A DNA stretch of 64,000 nt from Podarcis vaucheri (taxonomy: Eukaryota): assembly GCA_965113315.1 (NCBI GenBank), contig OZ220373.1. One strand, given 5' to 3'. The notes beneath the pieces are model-generated. The model saw only the letters and a program-made list of their open reading frames with translations. It searched no databases and was not told the origin of the DNA. Numbering within the stretch: position 1 is the first letter of the stretch; the number at the start of each line of letters is the position of its first letter. Made by a program: the position numbers and the translations under genes. Positions 1 to 14,450 of this stretch are shown here, piece by piece.

Positions 1-392
1 AATATTTTTACAACCTGAGAAGAGACGCACAAAACTCTCTCTTTCTCGCCCTAGGCTCTAGTGCGCTGCGGTGTTTTGGAATAGCCCCCGCCCGCCCGCC
101 AACCCCGGCTTTCTGCTGGTGTAGAAACTTTGATGGAAGTTGAGAAAACAAGGAAAATAAGGAGAAGTCAGGAGGGGCAGAAGATCGAGAAGCTAATTGA
201 GAAATATTCCAATAAGAAGGATTACTCCCCATAGAAACATGCAGGCAGGGAACAAATATTAAGGGAAAGGGCCATTCAGATATTCTCGTGTCCCTTTCTG
301 CTCCTTCATCGGATGCGCAAGCTTTTTATTTATTTTTTAACTACACAAGGAAGGGGGGAGCTAAACAAACTGTAGTTTCACCGCTTTCTTCC

Positions 393-411
393 TGTCCGCT
401 AGATGGCAGCA
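393..411 (+). promoter_or_regulatory. CTCF motif
   Basis: TGTCCGCTAGATGGCAGCA fits the CTCF core CC[AG][CG][CT]AG[AG][GT]GGC[AG][CG] exactly. Confidence 0.65.
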
Positions 412-511
412 CGAACCAGCGATTCTTCTAGGACTGGCGAAGGGGAATTTGTGTCGTCGTCGCCCCCCCCCCCCCACTACCCGGTTCCCAGAATACACTT
501 CTCCAAACTCA

Positions 512-549
<38 letters not shown>

Positions 550-1309
550 TGAACTTTCCTTTACAGGCATTGATCCTTTCATAAAGACGGCAAAACCGAT
601 CACTTACTTACGTTATCCATTAATCATTACTGAGGCTGTTTAAAAACATTCGCGAAAGCAAAACACAAGGAGAAGTTAATTTAATATATGTATCTATATA
701 TTAATAGTAAACAATAAATAAAAATAATAGGAGTTGGAGTGGAACCTCCATGTGAAATGGGGTTGTCGATTTCTGTCCGGTCATATTGCGACGGGAATGA
801 AATCTATTCTAAAAAATTTACTAAATCCTGGAGAATATATAAAGTGAGGAGGAACAGGCAGCGAAGTGGGAGGGGGAGAGAAGGGGCTGCTGATGAACTG
901 GAACATATGGGACCATAAATGTATTTTTTAAATACTCACAGTCCTTATGGACTCTCCTTAGCCATCTCCTTGCAGCCATTAAACAATGGAATCCAGTCCA
1001 AGTATCGTAATTCCTAATCAGGGTTATTTTTGGAAGGAAGGAAGGAAGACCGGGGGGGGGGCGAAATATCCCAAAGAGAAATCTGATCATTAAAAAAAAA
1101 AAAAACTTTTCAGAATGAGCCAAAATAATTTCCTTTAAATTCCCCTTTCCCCCTATCGCAATGCATCTCTTCCCCGCCCGCCCCCCCCTTTCTTTTGTCG
1201 TGCGTGTGTGTCTGTGTGTGTGACCATAGACGACCCATACTAATCAGGTCTCAAAGTAAATAGCAGAGCAGGGCGATCTCAATGTAAATTGTGCTTGTCA
1301 GAAGAATCC

Positions 1310-1315
<6 letters not shown>

Positions 1316-1368
<53 letters not shown>
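1316..1368. repeat. (CT)n microsatellite; similar CT/GA tracts near 516, 1756, 15932, 19209, 20660, 21124, 23740 and 34637
   Basis: Seen directly. Confidence 0.95.
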
Positions 1369-1371
<3 letters not shown>

Positions 1372-1379
1372 CCCCCTCC

Positions 1380-1730
1380 CTTCCCGCTCCTTTCCTGCCC
1401 CCTCCCTCCTTCCCATCTCAGTCAGTAGGTAGCAAAGAATAAAGGCGGAGGGGGGAGCGAGAGAGAGAGGAGATCTCAGCCAATGGAGTGAAGGAGGCTT
1501 GGCTAACCTTAGCCTCCCATTTTTTCTCCCCCCAATTCAGGGCTCTGACCAGTCAGTCGCCTTTGATTATCAGTTGCCAGCAGCCCCTCTCTTGGNNNNN
1601 NNNNNNNNNNNNNNNNNNNNNNNNNNNNNNNNNNNNNNNNNNNNNNNNNNNNNNNNNNNNNNNNNNNNNNNNNNNNNNNNNNNNNNNNNNNNNNNNNNNN
1701 NNNNNNNNNNNNNNNNNNNNNNNNNNNCCC
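1380..1730 (+). promoter_or_regulatory. NR2F1: Probable NR2F1 promoter / TSS region
   Basis: G-rich GGCGGAGGGGG box (~1444-1455), AGCCAATGG CCAAT box (1478-1486) and TCF/LEF-type CTTTGAT (1561-1567), followed by an N-masked block, flanked by (CT)n tracts. Lies ~2.3 kb upstream of the ATG, consistent with the long NR2F1 5'UTR. The TSS cannot be placed exactly. Confidence 0.6.
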
Positions 1731-1752
1731 GTTTAAACGCATTCATTTTTTG

Positions 1753-1792
<40 letters not shown>

Positions 1793-2259
1793 TCTCTCTC
1801 TCCCTCTCTCTCTCTCCTTTCTTGCATATTCTATTAGTTGAAGGCTGGTTTTTTTTTCTCTTTATCTCCTTCTCTCTCCACTCCTTTTCTCCTTTTCCTG
1901 GTGCCTCTCGCTTCCTTCCTTCATGAGACCAGAGAGAGGGAAAACTTAAAAGAAAGGGGAAAGACCGCAAAAGAAAAAGAGCAAAAAGAAAGAAAGAAAA
2001 AAGAAAGAGAGAGGGGCGCCTTTTGAACATCTTCATATCTTCAATTTTTAAACACTTTTTTATTGTTATTTTGGGGGAGGGTTTTGTTCTTGGCTGCGGA
2101 GGTTTGTTTTCTTTTTCTTTTTCTCCTCCGAAATTTACTTTAAAAAGAAAAGAAAAAAAGAAGAAGAAAAATAAGAAGGTGTTTTTTTTCCTCCTCCTTT
2201 CCTTCCCCTTCCTCTTGGGCGATCTCCAGTGATTATTGTCAGCAGCACGGAAGAAGAAA

Positions 2260-4350
2260 GAAGGCGAGGAGAGAAGGAGCTGCCGCGCGAGCGAGCAAGG
2301 AAGGCGCCAGGAGGAGAGCAAGCCGGAGAAGCAGGAGAAGGGGCTTTTATTTATTCGACCTACTTTGGATCTCTCGCTCGCCTTTCGGCTTTTCCCCTCC
2401 CCTCGGCGCGCGGCTGACATTCGCTCCGCTTCTGCTCTCTCCATGTTCGCCTTTCGCTCCGCCACTTGGCTGGGGATCCTCGGTCTGCCGCGCCTGGGCG
2501 AAGTCGAGGGCGCTGCTGGGGCTTCTCCTTTGTATCTTCCCCAGCGAAATTGACGAGGGAGAGAGGCAGAGAGAAAGAGAGAAAGCGGCGCGCACGGAGA
2601 AAGAGAGACACAGCTAAAGAGAGAGAGAGAGAGAGCCCGGCGGCAAAGCAGCGGCGGCGGCCGGAGCCGGAGCCCAGAACAACGGCGGCGTCGGCGGCGA
2701 GAGACCCCCAAAGTGTCTCGTCCAGTCTCCTCTCGCGTCCTCCTCGGCGTCGTCGCCCTCGGGCTGGTCGGCGGAGCTTCCCGAAGCGCCTTTCCTGCAT
2801 GGCTGACGCGCTGCCTCGGACTTGGCCCCCGGACACCCGCGCGCCCTGAGCGGCAGCCGCTCCTCGGCTCCCCGCGCGCCTTTGCCGGCCTCCCTGCGCG
2901 CCAACGGGCGCGATCCAGCGGCGGCTCTCCCAGCCGGGCCCCAGCGGCTTCGGCGGCGAGCAGTGGCGGCGACGGAGGCGGCCGCAGCCCCGGCAGAGAG
3001 ACCAGCTTCTTCACCAGCAGCAGCGGCGGCGGCAGGAGCAGCTTCGGCGGCGGCGGCGGCGGCAGCAGCAGCAGCATCGCGCGGCTCCAGGCTCCTTCCT
3101 CGCTGCTGCTGCCTCTTTCGTGTCGGCCGGCCGGGCGGGCGCGCCGCTAGCCCGCCGCGGACGGTGCGGGGCTGGCTGGCCCGGCAGGGTGTCCGGCGAG
3201 CCGGTCGCCTCCTCTTCCTCCCTTTCCTCCTCCTCCTCCTCCTCCTGCTTCTTCCCCCCGTCGCCCTCTCCTCCCTCTCCTCCCCAGGGTCACCCTTCTG
3301 AATGCCTCTCCCGACAGCCCGCTTCGCCCTGGCTGCTTTTGCAACTTGAAAAGGGACACGTTTCTGGGGGGGAGGGAGGGAAGGGACTGAGAGAAGAAGC
3401 AGGAGGAGGAGGAGGAGGAAGAGAAGAAGAAGAGCGGGGGACACCATCCTGCTAGACGGGGGGGTGGGGGTTAAACCCTCTGGAATTCCATTNNNNNNNN
3501 NNNNNNNNNNNNNNNNNNNNNNNNNNNNNNNNNNNNNNNNNNNNNNNNNNNNNNNNNNNNNNNNNNNNNNNNNNNNNNNNNNNNNNNNNNNNNNNNNNNN
3601 NNNNNNNNNNNNNNNNNNNNNNNNNNNNNNNNNNGAAGCAGAAAAAGATCGGCCGCGGGAGCAGCGGAGAGGCGGCGGCGGCAGCCACAGCAGCAACAGC
3701 CGCGGAGAGGCGGGAGGAGCCCCGATCCCTCGCCTCTGCCCCCTCCCCCCCGCGACAAACCCAGGCAGCCGCCCTTCTTTCCCCCCTTACCCTACCCCAC
3801 CCCCCTTCCCCACCTCGACCCCGACCCGCCACCCCTCCTCCTCTCCCGGCCTCTTCTCCGGCAGCCCACCATCACCACCAGGCACCCCCCCTCTTTTTTT
3901 TCCTCCGTGGGCCCGAGATATGGCAATGGTAGTTAGCAGCTGGCGAGATGCGCAAGAGGACGTGGCCGGGGGCGGCCCCACCGGAGCAGCTCAGCCGGGC
4001 AGGGACCCGCAGCAAGGGGCCTCGGCGGCCCCCCACACGCCGCAGACGCCCAGCCAGCCGGGCGCGCCGTCCACGCCGGGCGACAAGGGGCAGCAGCAGC
4101 AGGGATCGGGCCAGAGCCAGCAGCAGCAGCAGCACATCGAGTGCGTGGTTTGCGGCGACAAGTCCAGCGGCAAGCACTATGGGCAGTTCACCTGCGAGGG
4201 CTGCAAAAGTTTCTTCAAGCGAAGCGTCCGCAGGAACTTAACGTACACTTGCCGGGCCAACCGGAACTGTCCCATCGACCAGCACCACCGCAACCAGTGC
4301 CAGTACTGCCGCCTCAAGAAGTGCCTCAAAGTGGGCATGAGGCGGGAAGG
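2260..4350. other. CpG island over the NR2F1 5'UTR and exon 1, with GGC/CAG/GGA/CCT triplet tracts
   Basis: Very high GC and CpG density by inspection, e.g. (GGC)n/(CAG)n at ~3014-3075. Confidence 0.9.
3920..4349 (+). CDS. NR2F1: NR2F1 (COUP-TFI) coding exon 1: A/B domain and C4 zinc-finger DNA-binding domain
   Basis: ATG at 3920 gives [10 protein letters not shown]...[72 protein letters not shown]. The exon ends in phase 1 at G|GTGAAT (intron starts 4350). LTYT is the NR2F1 form (NR2F2 has LSYT). Confidence 0.98.
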
Positions 4351-7054
4351 TGAATATTATTTCTTCCCTATTTGGGTCCGGATTGTTTGTGTGTGTGTCC
4401 AGGGCAGGTTGGGAGGAGGAGGAGGAGGAAGAGAAGGCTGGTACCCCCTCCCTCTCCTCCGAGCATCCCCCTCCCCACCAGACAAACAGACACACTTTCG
4501 CAACCACTACACTTGCTTCCTTTAGAGATGCGTAATGTTGCTATTACTCTTACTCCACCACCGATTGAATGGTGTCTATTCCTGGGTTGGGGGCTCTGTC
4601 CTTTCTTGGCTTGGAGCTGGGGGGGCAGCCAGAGAGAGGGGGAAAAAGACCCTTCTTTCAGGCTCCCTTTCCTCTCTTCATTATTTCGCCCCATTAGAAA
4701 GATGGGGGGAGCGAGGAAAGAGAAAGCACAACAGTTCACGTTAGATCCTTCCCCCACCACAACCCTGGCCTCAAAGCTGAAAGAGACGTGTGTTGTGTGT
4801 AAGTTTGTTTGTTTGTTTTAAAATCATAATAATATATATATTTAAAAACAAATTGGAGGGCCAATGGTGTTTAAATTGCTCTGTTTGTGTGGCTGCTTCC
4901 TTGCACCTTCGCTCTCTGCTAGGCGATCCCACCTCGCCAAATCCGGCCTTGTTTGGACTCCCTCGTGCTTTCAAATGAAGTTTGTGAACGATCACTGCTT
5001 TTACAGTTCTGTCATTTCCCACTCCGTGTGCATGCTGCTTGTTTTATTTCTCCATCAGACGCCATCGTCGCTTTATACTGCATCCCAATAATACTGGTTC
5101 TTATTAGTCTTATTATTTTTAAGCATAGCTTGCCTTTGGAATGTGGTGCTTATTTGAAAAGGAATACCTCCAGTGTTATGATGGTACTTTCTGTGTGTGT
5201 GTTTGTGTGTGTGTGTTAATTCCGAGAGAGAGACATCTATATTTATATGAATGAAAGGAATAGTTATTATATGTATTTGTATGTGGGGGGGAGTGTACGT
5301 GTGTGCTTGTGTATATATAGTAAGAGCGATTTACTGCGGCGGTGTTTTTGGTCTCCACACACATACTTGTATAGATATATACACACACACTATTTAGCTG
5401 TTTGATGCTGAAAATTCAGCCTCGTGACCCTATTTAAAGAGGTCCTTAGGAGTCAAATGAGCCAAACACTTTCGGTAATGGAAATGGTTGAAAATAATAG
5501 AAAAAATAAAAAAATAAAGCACATCTCTCCCGTGTGCCACAAGGAAAGAATGGAAATCCTTTTAAAAGGGCCACTGATGACTTCATTTAGGAGTTTCGGA
5601 GAGCTGTTGTCAGGATAGGGGTCTCGGGGAAAAATTTATATATCGAGAGCGAGGGGGAGCATAGGGATATATATGTATAGCAGCTAACAGCCCTCTCACA
5701 GCCTTTGAACTGTGTTTGCATTTAATTGAAACACAGAACTGCCAGGTTTGGAAGTATAATTTGCAGAGGGAGGAGGGAGGAAAGGGGGATTCTGACAGCT
5801 CGATGGGAATATTAGATTTTTTCCCCCATCAAAAGTATGATTAACAACAGGAAACCCTGAAGAAGATAACTCTTCCTGTGAAACAGAAAATATTAATTTT
5901 CTGCGCCTAAGAAATAACTCTCAGTTGTCCTCTCTTTGCTCTAAGTTACCTTTGTTTACATGCCAGGAGTGTGAATTGCTGACCCAGATTAAGCAGACCT
6001 GGACACACACACGCGCACACACACAAACTTTGCTCAGCTTCGGAAACTCCAAGCATGCTCGCGTTTGGGGTTAATGAATTCCGTGAGTTTGTGTGCCCGG
6101 CGCATCTCTTTTTGCACAGTTGCAAACGTGTGTTTTCACTGGCCAGATCGTGGGCATATATTTCCCACCCTCCTTTAATTTTCACTTTCATGCATCTGCA
6201 ACCACGCAGAGAATAATTCGCCCTTCTCCCCACACTCATGTTTGGCTTCCGTAATCGAAATCTTCATTTTGACCTCCTTTTTAATAACAATAACAGCAGT
6301 CAAACCTTTCCTTTCCCTCCCCCCCCCCCGTCCTCCTCCAGCCAGGGAGAAAGAACTCTGCTGCAAACAGGAGAGAAGCTTCCTCAGCTGAACCTGGGAA
6401 CTGTTTAGGGAGAAGGCGCGGGGGTAGCTCTCCCACCCCTCACCTCACCTCACCCCACCCCACCCCCACTCCAAGCACTTTTGCAAGCCTATTTGCTGAG
6501 TGGGACTCCGGACTGGCAAATAAAGCGGGGAGCCTGCGCGGGATGGCCTTTCCGGATTCCCAATCCTCGGAGCGCTAAATCGGCCGAGAGGTGACCAAGG
6601 ATGGCTACCTGGCTATCAGGCAAGGCTAGGAGGGAGCAACTTGGAGGTGGGCCCTGACTTTGGAGAGTTCTTTCGGGGACTGCCTCGTCATCATCATCAC
6701 TATTTTCATCATTCCTCTTATTATTACTATTACTACAAAGAGAATGGCAGTCTTGTAAGGCAGTATACATGTCCCCATTTGCACAACAATGCAAGCTGAG
6801 GTGGGTGGGGGGAACAGGCTTGCATTGTGCGTGTTTGCCACCCTCCCGGCCGGATTTGTGCGTGTCTGTGTGAGAGAAAGAGGCGACGCCTGTGTGTGTG
6901 TCTGTGCGCCTGTGTACGCGCTGTGTGCGCGCGTTGCTGTGGGAAGAAGGCTCCGCTTTGTTGCGCGGCGGCGGCGGCTAGCGGGCTGGGTTTCGCCAAG
7001 GCTGCTGGATGCACATTTCCTCTCCTTTTCTCTCTCTCTCCCTCTTTTCGTCAG

Positions 7055-7617
<563 letters not shown>

Positions 7618-10600
7618 TAGGGGGGTGAGCAGCAACACCAGGGGAGCGTGGCTAGGCAAGCCCAGGCACCTTCCTCTCTAAGCAGATCGGCCTCCTGGTT
7701 TGGGGATAGTCCCCCGGGATAGTCTGGAGCAAGGAAAGGCGCGCAGGGCCTGCTGAGGCCAAACCTGCCAGTCTGCTGCAGAAGGTTTGTGCAGTAGACG
7801 CACCAGAGCCTCATCCAAATTCACTTTGCGTTGGGAAAATGAATCCCTGCCCTCCCCGCAGCCCGGCTGCAGCTTCCTCCTGCGCTCTCAGTCTTCTTAA
7901 GCATTCGTTGGATTGTTCCCCTTAGGCAGGCGGGTGGCTTTGGCAGCTTCCGGTAGGCCTTGGGTGAAATCGACTAACTCGAAGGTGTAGCGTTGTGTTC
8001 ATTGTAGAAGGTAGTATTCGGCCTCAGGTGGGGGAGAGGGGGGTGCGGTAGGAGCATAAATTCCCCACACCCTTTCCTCGTGCGTTTGTGTGTTTATTTG
8101 TTTGTGGAAGGGAGGAGAGAGTGGTTAGGCCTTGCTGAAAGGGCTTCTCGCCAGATCTTGTTCCAATAAGGCAGGCAGGAACACAAATAAATCATAAATA
8201 ATACTGCTTTATTGCTGCCTGATTTCCCCCCCCCCCTTATCGGAAGCCATTCATATTTGCAGTTGCTGTGGTTAGTGACGCTCGTAAAAATGGATTCGAG
8301 CGCCAGAAAAGGACTTACTTCCCTCCTTCAAAATAAAGGAAATAAGACCCAGCCTGAGGCTTTAGAGTACCAACCTGCAGATGCATTTCCTCCCTCCCTT
8401 CTTCTTTTTTTTTAAACAATGCAAAACCACGCAAACACTGGGAAATGTAACAGATTGCCTGCAAAAATATCAAATTAAGGGTAGGCGGGGGTAACGTGCA
8501 TGTTAGCAATTTTGCTTATGATAGATGGTTCAAATTAACTTTGCAGGAGAGTGCATTAACGTCGCCTTTGAAGTGCTCCGGTTGGAGCCTATAAGAATAC
8601 AAGACATCCTTTATTATTGTAACCTGTGGGAGAGACATATATAACATCAACCTGCAAGGAATAAGGAACAAAGACAAGAGGGAACTTGGCGGAGCCGTTT
8701 GGGACGGGGGGCGTTGTGTTTGCGAGGGTGGAGGGGTGCAGCGCTGGTCTGTTCACCGAGCACTTTTTGCAAAACTTTTCTCATGTGTATATATATATAT
8801 ATATGCATATATATATATATCCTTCAGAATCTTATACCATTAAATCCGCCACCCACCCCCTAACCCCGTTTAAAAGTGGCCCGAGAAGATATACAAAGCT
8901 TTTTGGAAAACAAAGCCGTTTCCGAGGGTCTGGCTGGAGGGGAGAAACCCATCAATATTTGTTGCCTTTCATGCATGAGAAATAGTATTTACATTGTAGT
9001 CAAATGACTCTTAAATTTGCACAATATTGTAATGTAGCAAATGTAGTATTAATATCGATTTGAACATCGGATAATTTATTTAGACAGGGGGATCTCATTG
9101 GTATGCGTGGTGCTGGTAGACATGGACTGTGACTGCCCCCCCTTGTTCTTCAGGCTGCAAATGCAGGCCAGAGCGAGGGTGGAAAAAGGCCGGGCTCTTT
9201 TTTCGCAGAGAATCAAGTACAGGTCTTAAAACAAGTGGGGGAGATTTACTGAACAGCCGCAGAGACGTTGGGGTGTGTTTTATCTTCAGGAGCCTTGCCT
9301 GACGGAAACGTGTTTTTCAGAACTGACAAAAAGAGACCCTGGTGGCATTTTTCAGGGTGATTTAACTGGAGGGTCCTCCCGCAGCCCCTCGTGCTTTTTT
9401 GTTAACTCGTTTATTCATTGGGGGGGGGGGCGGTTAGATCTAAACTGGGCGGGAATAGCCCGGCCATTTGGAACATGCAGCTTTTAGGCCGCAGCGTTAA
9501 AGAAAGAGGGCGGCCTGCTTTATTGACTTCGCCGCCAAAAGCCCTTGCCTAAAAGGTTTGACCCCCTTCCGCCCCCTCGAAAGGCGCTTTCTTCCTCTTT
9601 TCTCAAATCCAGGATGGCTTAGAATGGCTGCATCTGCTATATTTATGTGTGTCCATATATTTTGATGGTACACAATGCAACATTATTTTTTTAATCGAGG
9701 CAGTGCAAACTGGCGACATCCCAATATAAGCTGAAATAATAATAGCATTTTCTAGCACTCGGATGGGGTGGAAGCCCCAATGGCGGAGACGCAGAATTCC
9801 CACTCTAGTTATGTCCTGTCTTTCTCTTCCTCCTCCTCCTCCTCCTCTCTCAAACGCCGCCACTTCTACCCCCTACACCCATTTCCACTTGGGCCTGATC
9901 TTGTTTTGATTGCTAGCCAGAAGGTAATTGATGGCCCGGCTTTCGCCAAGTCCTCCAACTTTTTAAGGAAACTTTGATGGATGGAAAAGACATTTTTAGC
10001 CACCTGGTCCCAGGGGCTTTAACTCAACAACCTGATCCCAAACGTAAAATGCTTCCAGATCACTGGTGTTTAAGATCAGCAGGGGTCACTGGCTTGGAAG
10101 TTATTCTAGTTTCTTGCTTGCCTCTTCTTCTTCTTCCTTCACCACCTCCTGCCCATTTGGGTTCCGGATATTATTTTCCATCCACAAAAGTTTGGAGCCT
10201 GTCCCAGGAAGGAGCATTGTGTTGAAAGTAGCGCTGGTTGATTTGTTGTTTTCCCACACAGAGAGATATGCAAACTCCATTAAAGAATTGCCTTTCTAAT
10301 TCTGACACCACCCCGCACTTCGATATATAAAATCTCCCACGGAGGGGCCAGGTTAGATAAGATCAGCTCAATAAATCTATCTCCTGCGCCATAAGAACTT
10401 TGATTTCTCGTTATATGCGAGCTGATTACGTCTATATTTTCTGAGCACTAAACTCTCCTGGATGCGTTACATGAAATACATTCCCTGTACTACAAAGGCC
10501 CAGGTTGGCGTGTGCTGAACAGTAATGATTATTTATTTACATCATTTCTTCGCCATAGACTGGAGGAAGAAATATTGAGAAATAATGACTGCAGGAAGAA

Positions 10601-11849
10601 ATATGATCATCTTAAAAAGTGGGACACGCACAATTTCCACCCAAACCCACCCTTCTCCCGTCCCAGCCCGCCCCCTTCATCCTTGCTGAGATGTAATTCA
10701 CAGAAGGTGAATATGCATCGCTTTCCCTTCTTTGGTCTATTTCATCTTAACTCAATCAGCTAATCGATCAGATAGCATAGATTGTTTAATTAATTTTCAG
10801 ATCCTCTTGCTTCGCGGTGGAGATTGAAAGCATCCCCCGATCCTAGCGCTATTTATTTGAAATGTAGAGGGGGGGGAGATGAGTCCCTCTGAGCTGGCTG
10901 GTGTTTCGAGTAAGGGGGTGCGGAATAAAATCCAAGCGTGCCTCTCATATATACCTGAGGGGACCTTTCTTTCTTTTTTTATAATAAGAAATGAGAGAGA
11001 GGCTGAAGAAGCTATCTGATAGAAAATGCACTGGAAATACGACAGGAAAATCTCCGTTCTATCTGGTCTGTGCCTTTTCTCAAAGATCCGGTGGTGGTCT
11101 TTGCGCCGGAGGTGAAAGACGGGATAAATATTTCACCCCCTCCCTAAGGAATGGGACCTCCCAGATAAATGTGAGGAAGAGGCAATCAGGCCCTGAAGTC
11201 CTGCCGTGCTTAAAAGTTGGGTAGAAACCTTTCGCCTGAGTGGGCGAGTAGCAATACAAGGCAAATAGCAAAGGAGAAGTTAGTCCGAGGAGGCCAGGGA
11301 CTCTCTCGGCTATGGACCACGAAGAAGGGCAGGCCTCCGCTGTTGGGTGCGTGTGGGTTGCAAGCTGGCTCCCTCCTCGCCCACCCGTTAGATGTTGCAA
11401 ATGATCACTGCATTTAAGGCAAAAGTAGAAATTAGCACAACAGTCAGGCGTAGGTAATTGCAGATCTAAGCGCTCCTTAGGCCGTGGCTGGGGTCATGGG
11501 GGTCTTTTCGTCAGAAGAGCCGGAATTACAGCTTGGTTGCTCTCTGTTTTCGCTGGAGGCCAGAGGCCTGGAGATGAAGGTGTTTGACATGCTTTTTAAA
11601 AAATACACTTTTGGAAACTAGGGAGAGGGATACACCACCCCGCAAGTTCATCATCAACAACAACAGCAGCAACGAAATCCACTTGCCACAGTTTCCCCTT
11701 TTTAATGGATTGGTATGATGAATAAATCTTTGCAGGGCCATCCTTATTTTACATGGGCAATTTCGTGAATTCCTTTTGGGGGCCATTACTCTGCGATTAA
11801 TTCTTATATAGATTTCTATATTAGCAGAGGCCGCCTTTGATCTGCGCTA

Positions 11850-13461
<1,612 letters not shown>

Positions 13462-14450
13462 AGCACCTCCTGGGCTCCCCCGCTTAGAGACCCTGAGAGG
13501 AGGAGGAGGAGGAGGAGGAGGAAGGCCTCCAGCCCAGCCAGAGACCGGCCCAGACAACCACCACCTTGGGGGCGCACGCAGCCGGGTGGGGGGATCCGAG
13601 GAGAGAGAGAGGCAGAAAGAAAGGGGGGAGGAGGACCGAGAAAGAGAGATAGGAGCAGACCCCTCAGACACTGCACGAAAGACTCGCTTAGGATCAGACC
13701 CCGGCTGAGAGAGGCGGTGATGATGATGATGATGATGATGAAGGCGAAATGGACACCTCGTATTTTGTGGAACAAACCATTGACACTGAGATGGGAAACT
13801 TTAAACAAAATCCATTTTTAAAAAAGGACCGAAGAGATTAAAACAAAAACTCCCCCCTAAAAAAAGAAGACTAGAACGGATTTCCCTGGATTTATGATGG
13901 ATGGACTGAGGTGGATCTATCGTCTGTACAGCAAAACAAAACACACAGTTTAAGAGACAGAACAAACAAACAAACAAACAAAAACCTGGAGCCGAATTGA
14001 ACTGGTGGACGGGGTGAGGGAAAGAGGGAGGGGGACCCAAAGGCGAAACACTTCCCACGAACATTGTTCTTCATTTTGTAAGATATTAGTCTTTATTTTC
14101 ACTTTTTTTGTAAAATTTAAAACATCGTATGCGCATAAAGGAGGCGAGAGGGGAGGGGGAAAAAACACCACAAGAAACAAACAAGAATTAGGGGAGGGGA
14201 AAAAATAACATTTTCCAAATAATTATTAAAAAAACAACAAGGAATTGTTCTGTGTGTATGTATCTATATCTGTTTTGTATTTCTTTCTGGTTCCAAACCA
14301 GGCTTCCTGTGATTCTATACTAATAATTTTTTATATAACCCTTTGCTTCTTATATTGAGTGCGATATATGTTGTCGAAGCTGTTCTTCAAGAATTAAAAT
14401 TGAAGTGAGAATTTAAACAAAAATAAAAGAATTTAGAAAAAAAATAATTA
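13462..14450 (+). other. NR2F1: NR2F1 3'UTR
   Basis: Follows the stop codon. Contains (GGA)n and (GAT)n repeats and an AU-rich distal block (~14210-14430) ending in ATTAAA and AATAAA. Confidence 0.75.
14393..14427 (+). terminator. NR2F1 polyadenylation signals
   Basis: ATTAAA at 14393-14398 and AATAAA at 14422-14427. Confidence 0.65.

Noticed and set aside
1743-3696. Long antisense ORFs (444 aa and 360 aa) and overlapping sense ORFs over the 5'UTR
   Set aside because: Low-complexity translations of GC-rich and microsatellite DNA with non-ATG starts and no recognisable domain; one runs through Ns.
3464-4525. 353-aa ORF as the real NR2F1 exon 1 product
   Set aside because: The recognisable protein starts at ATG 3920 and splices at 4349; the tail is intron read-through.
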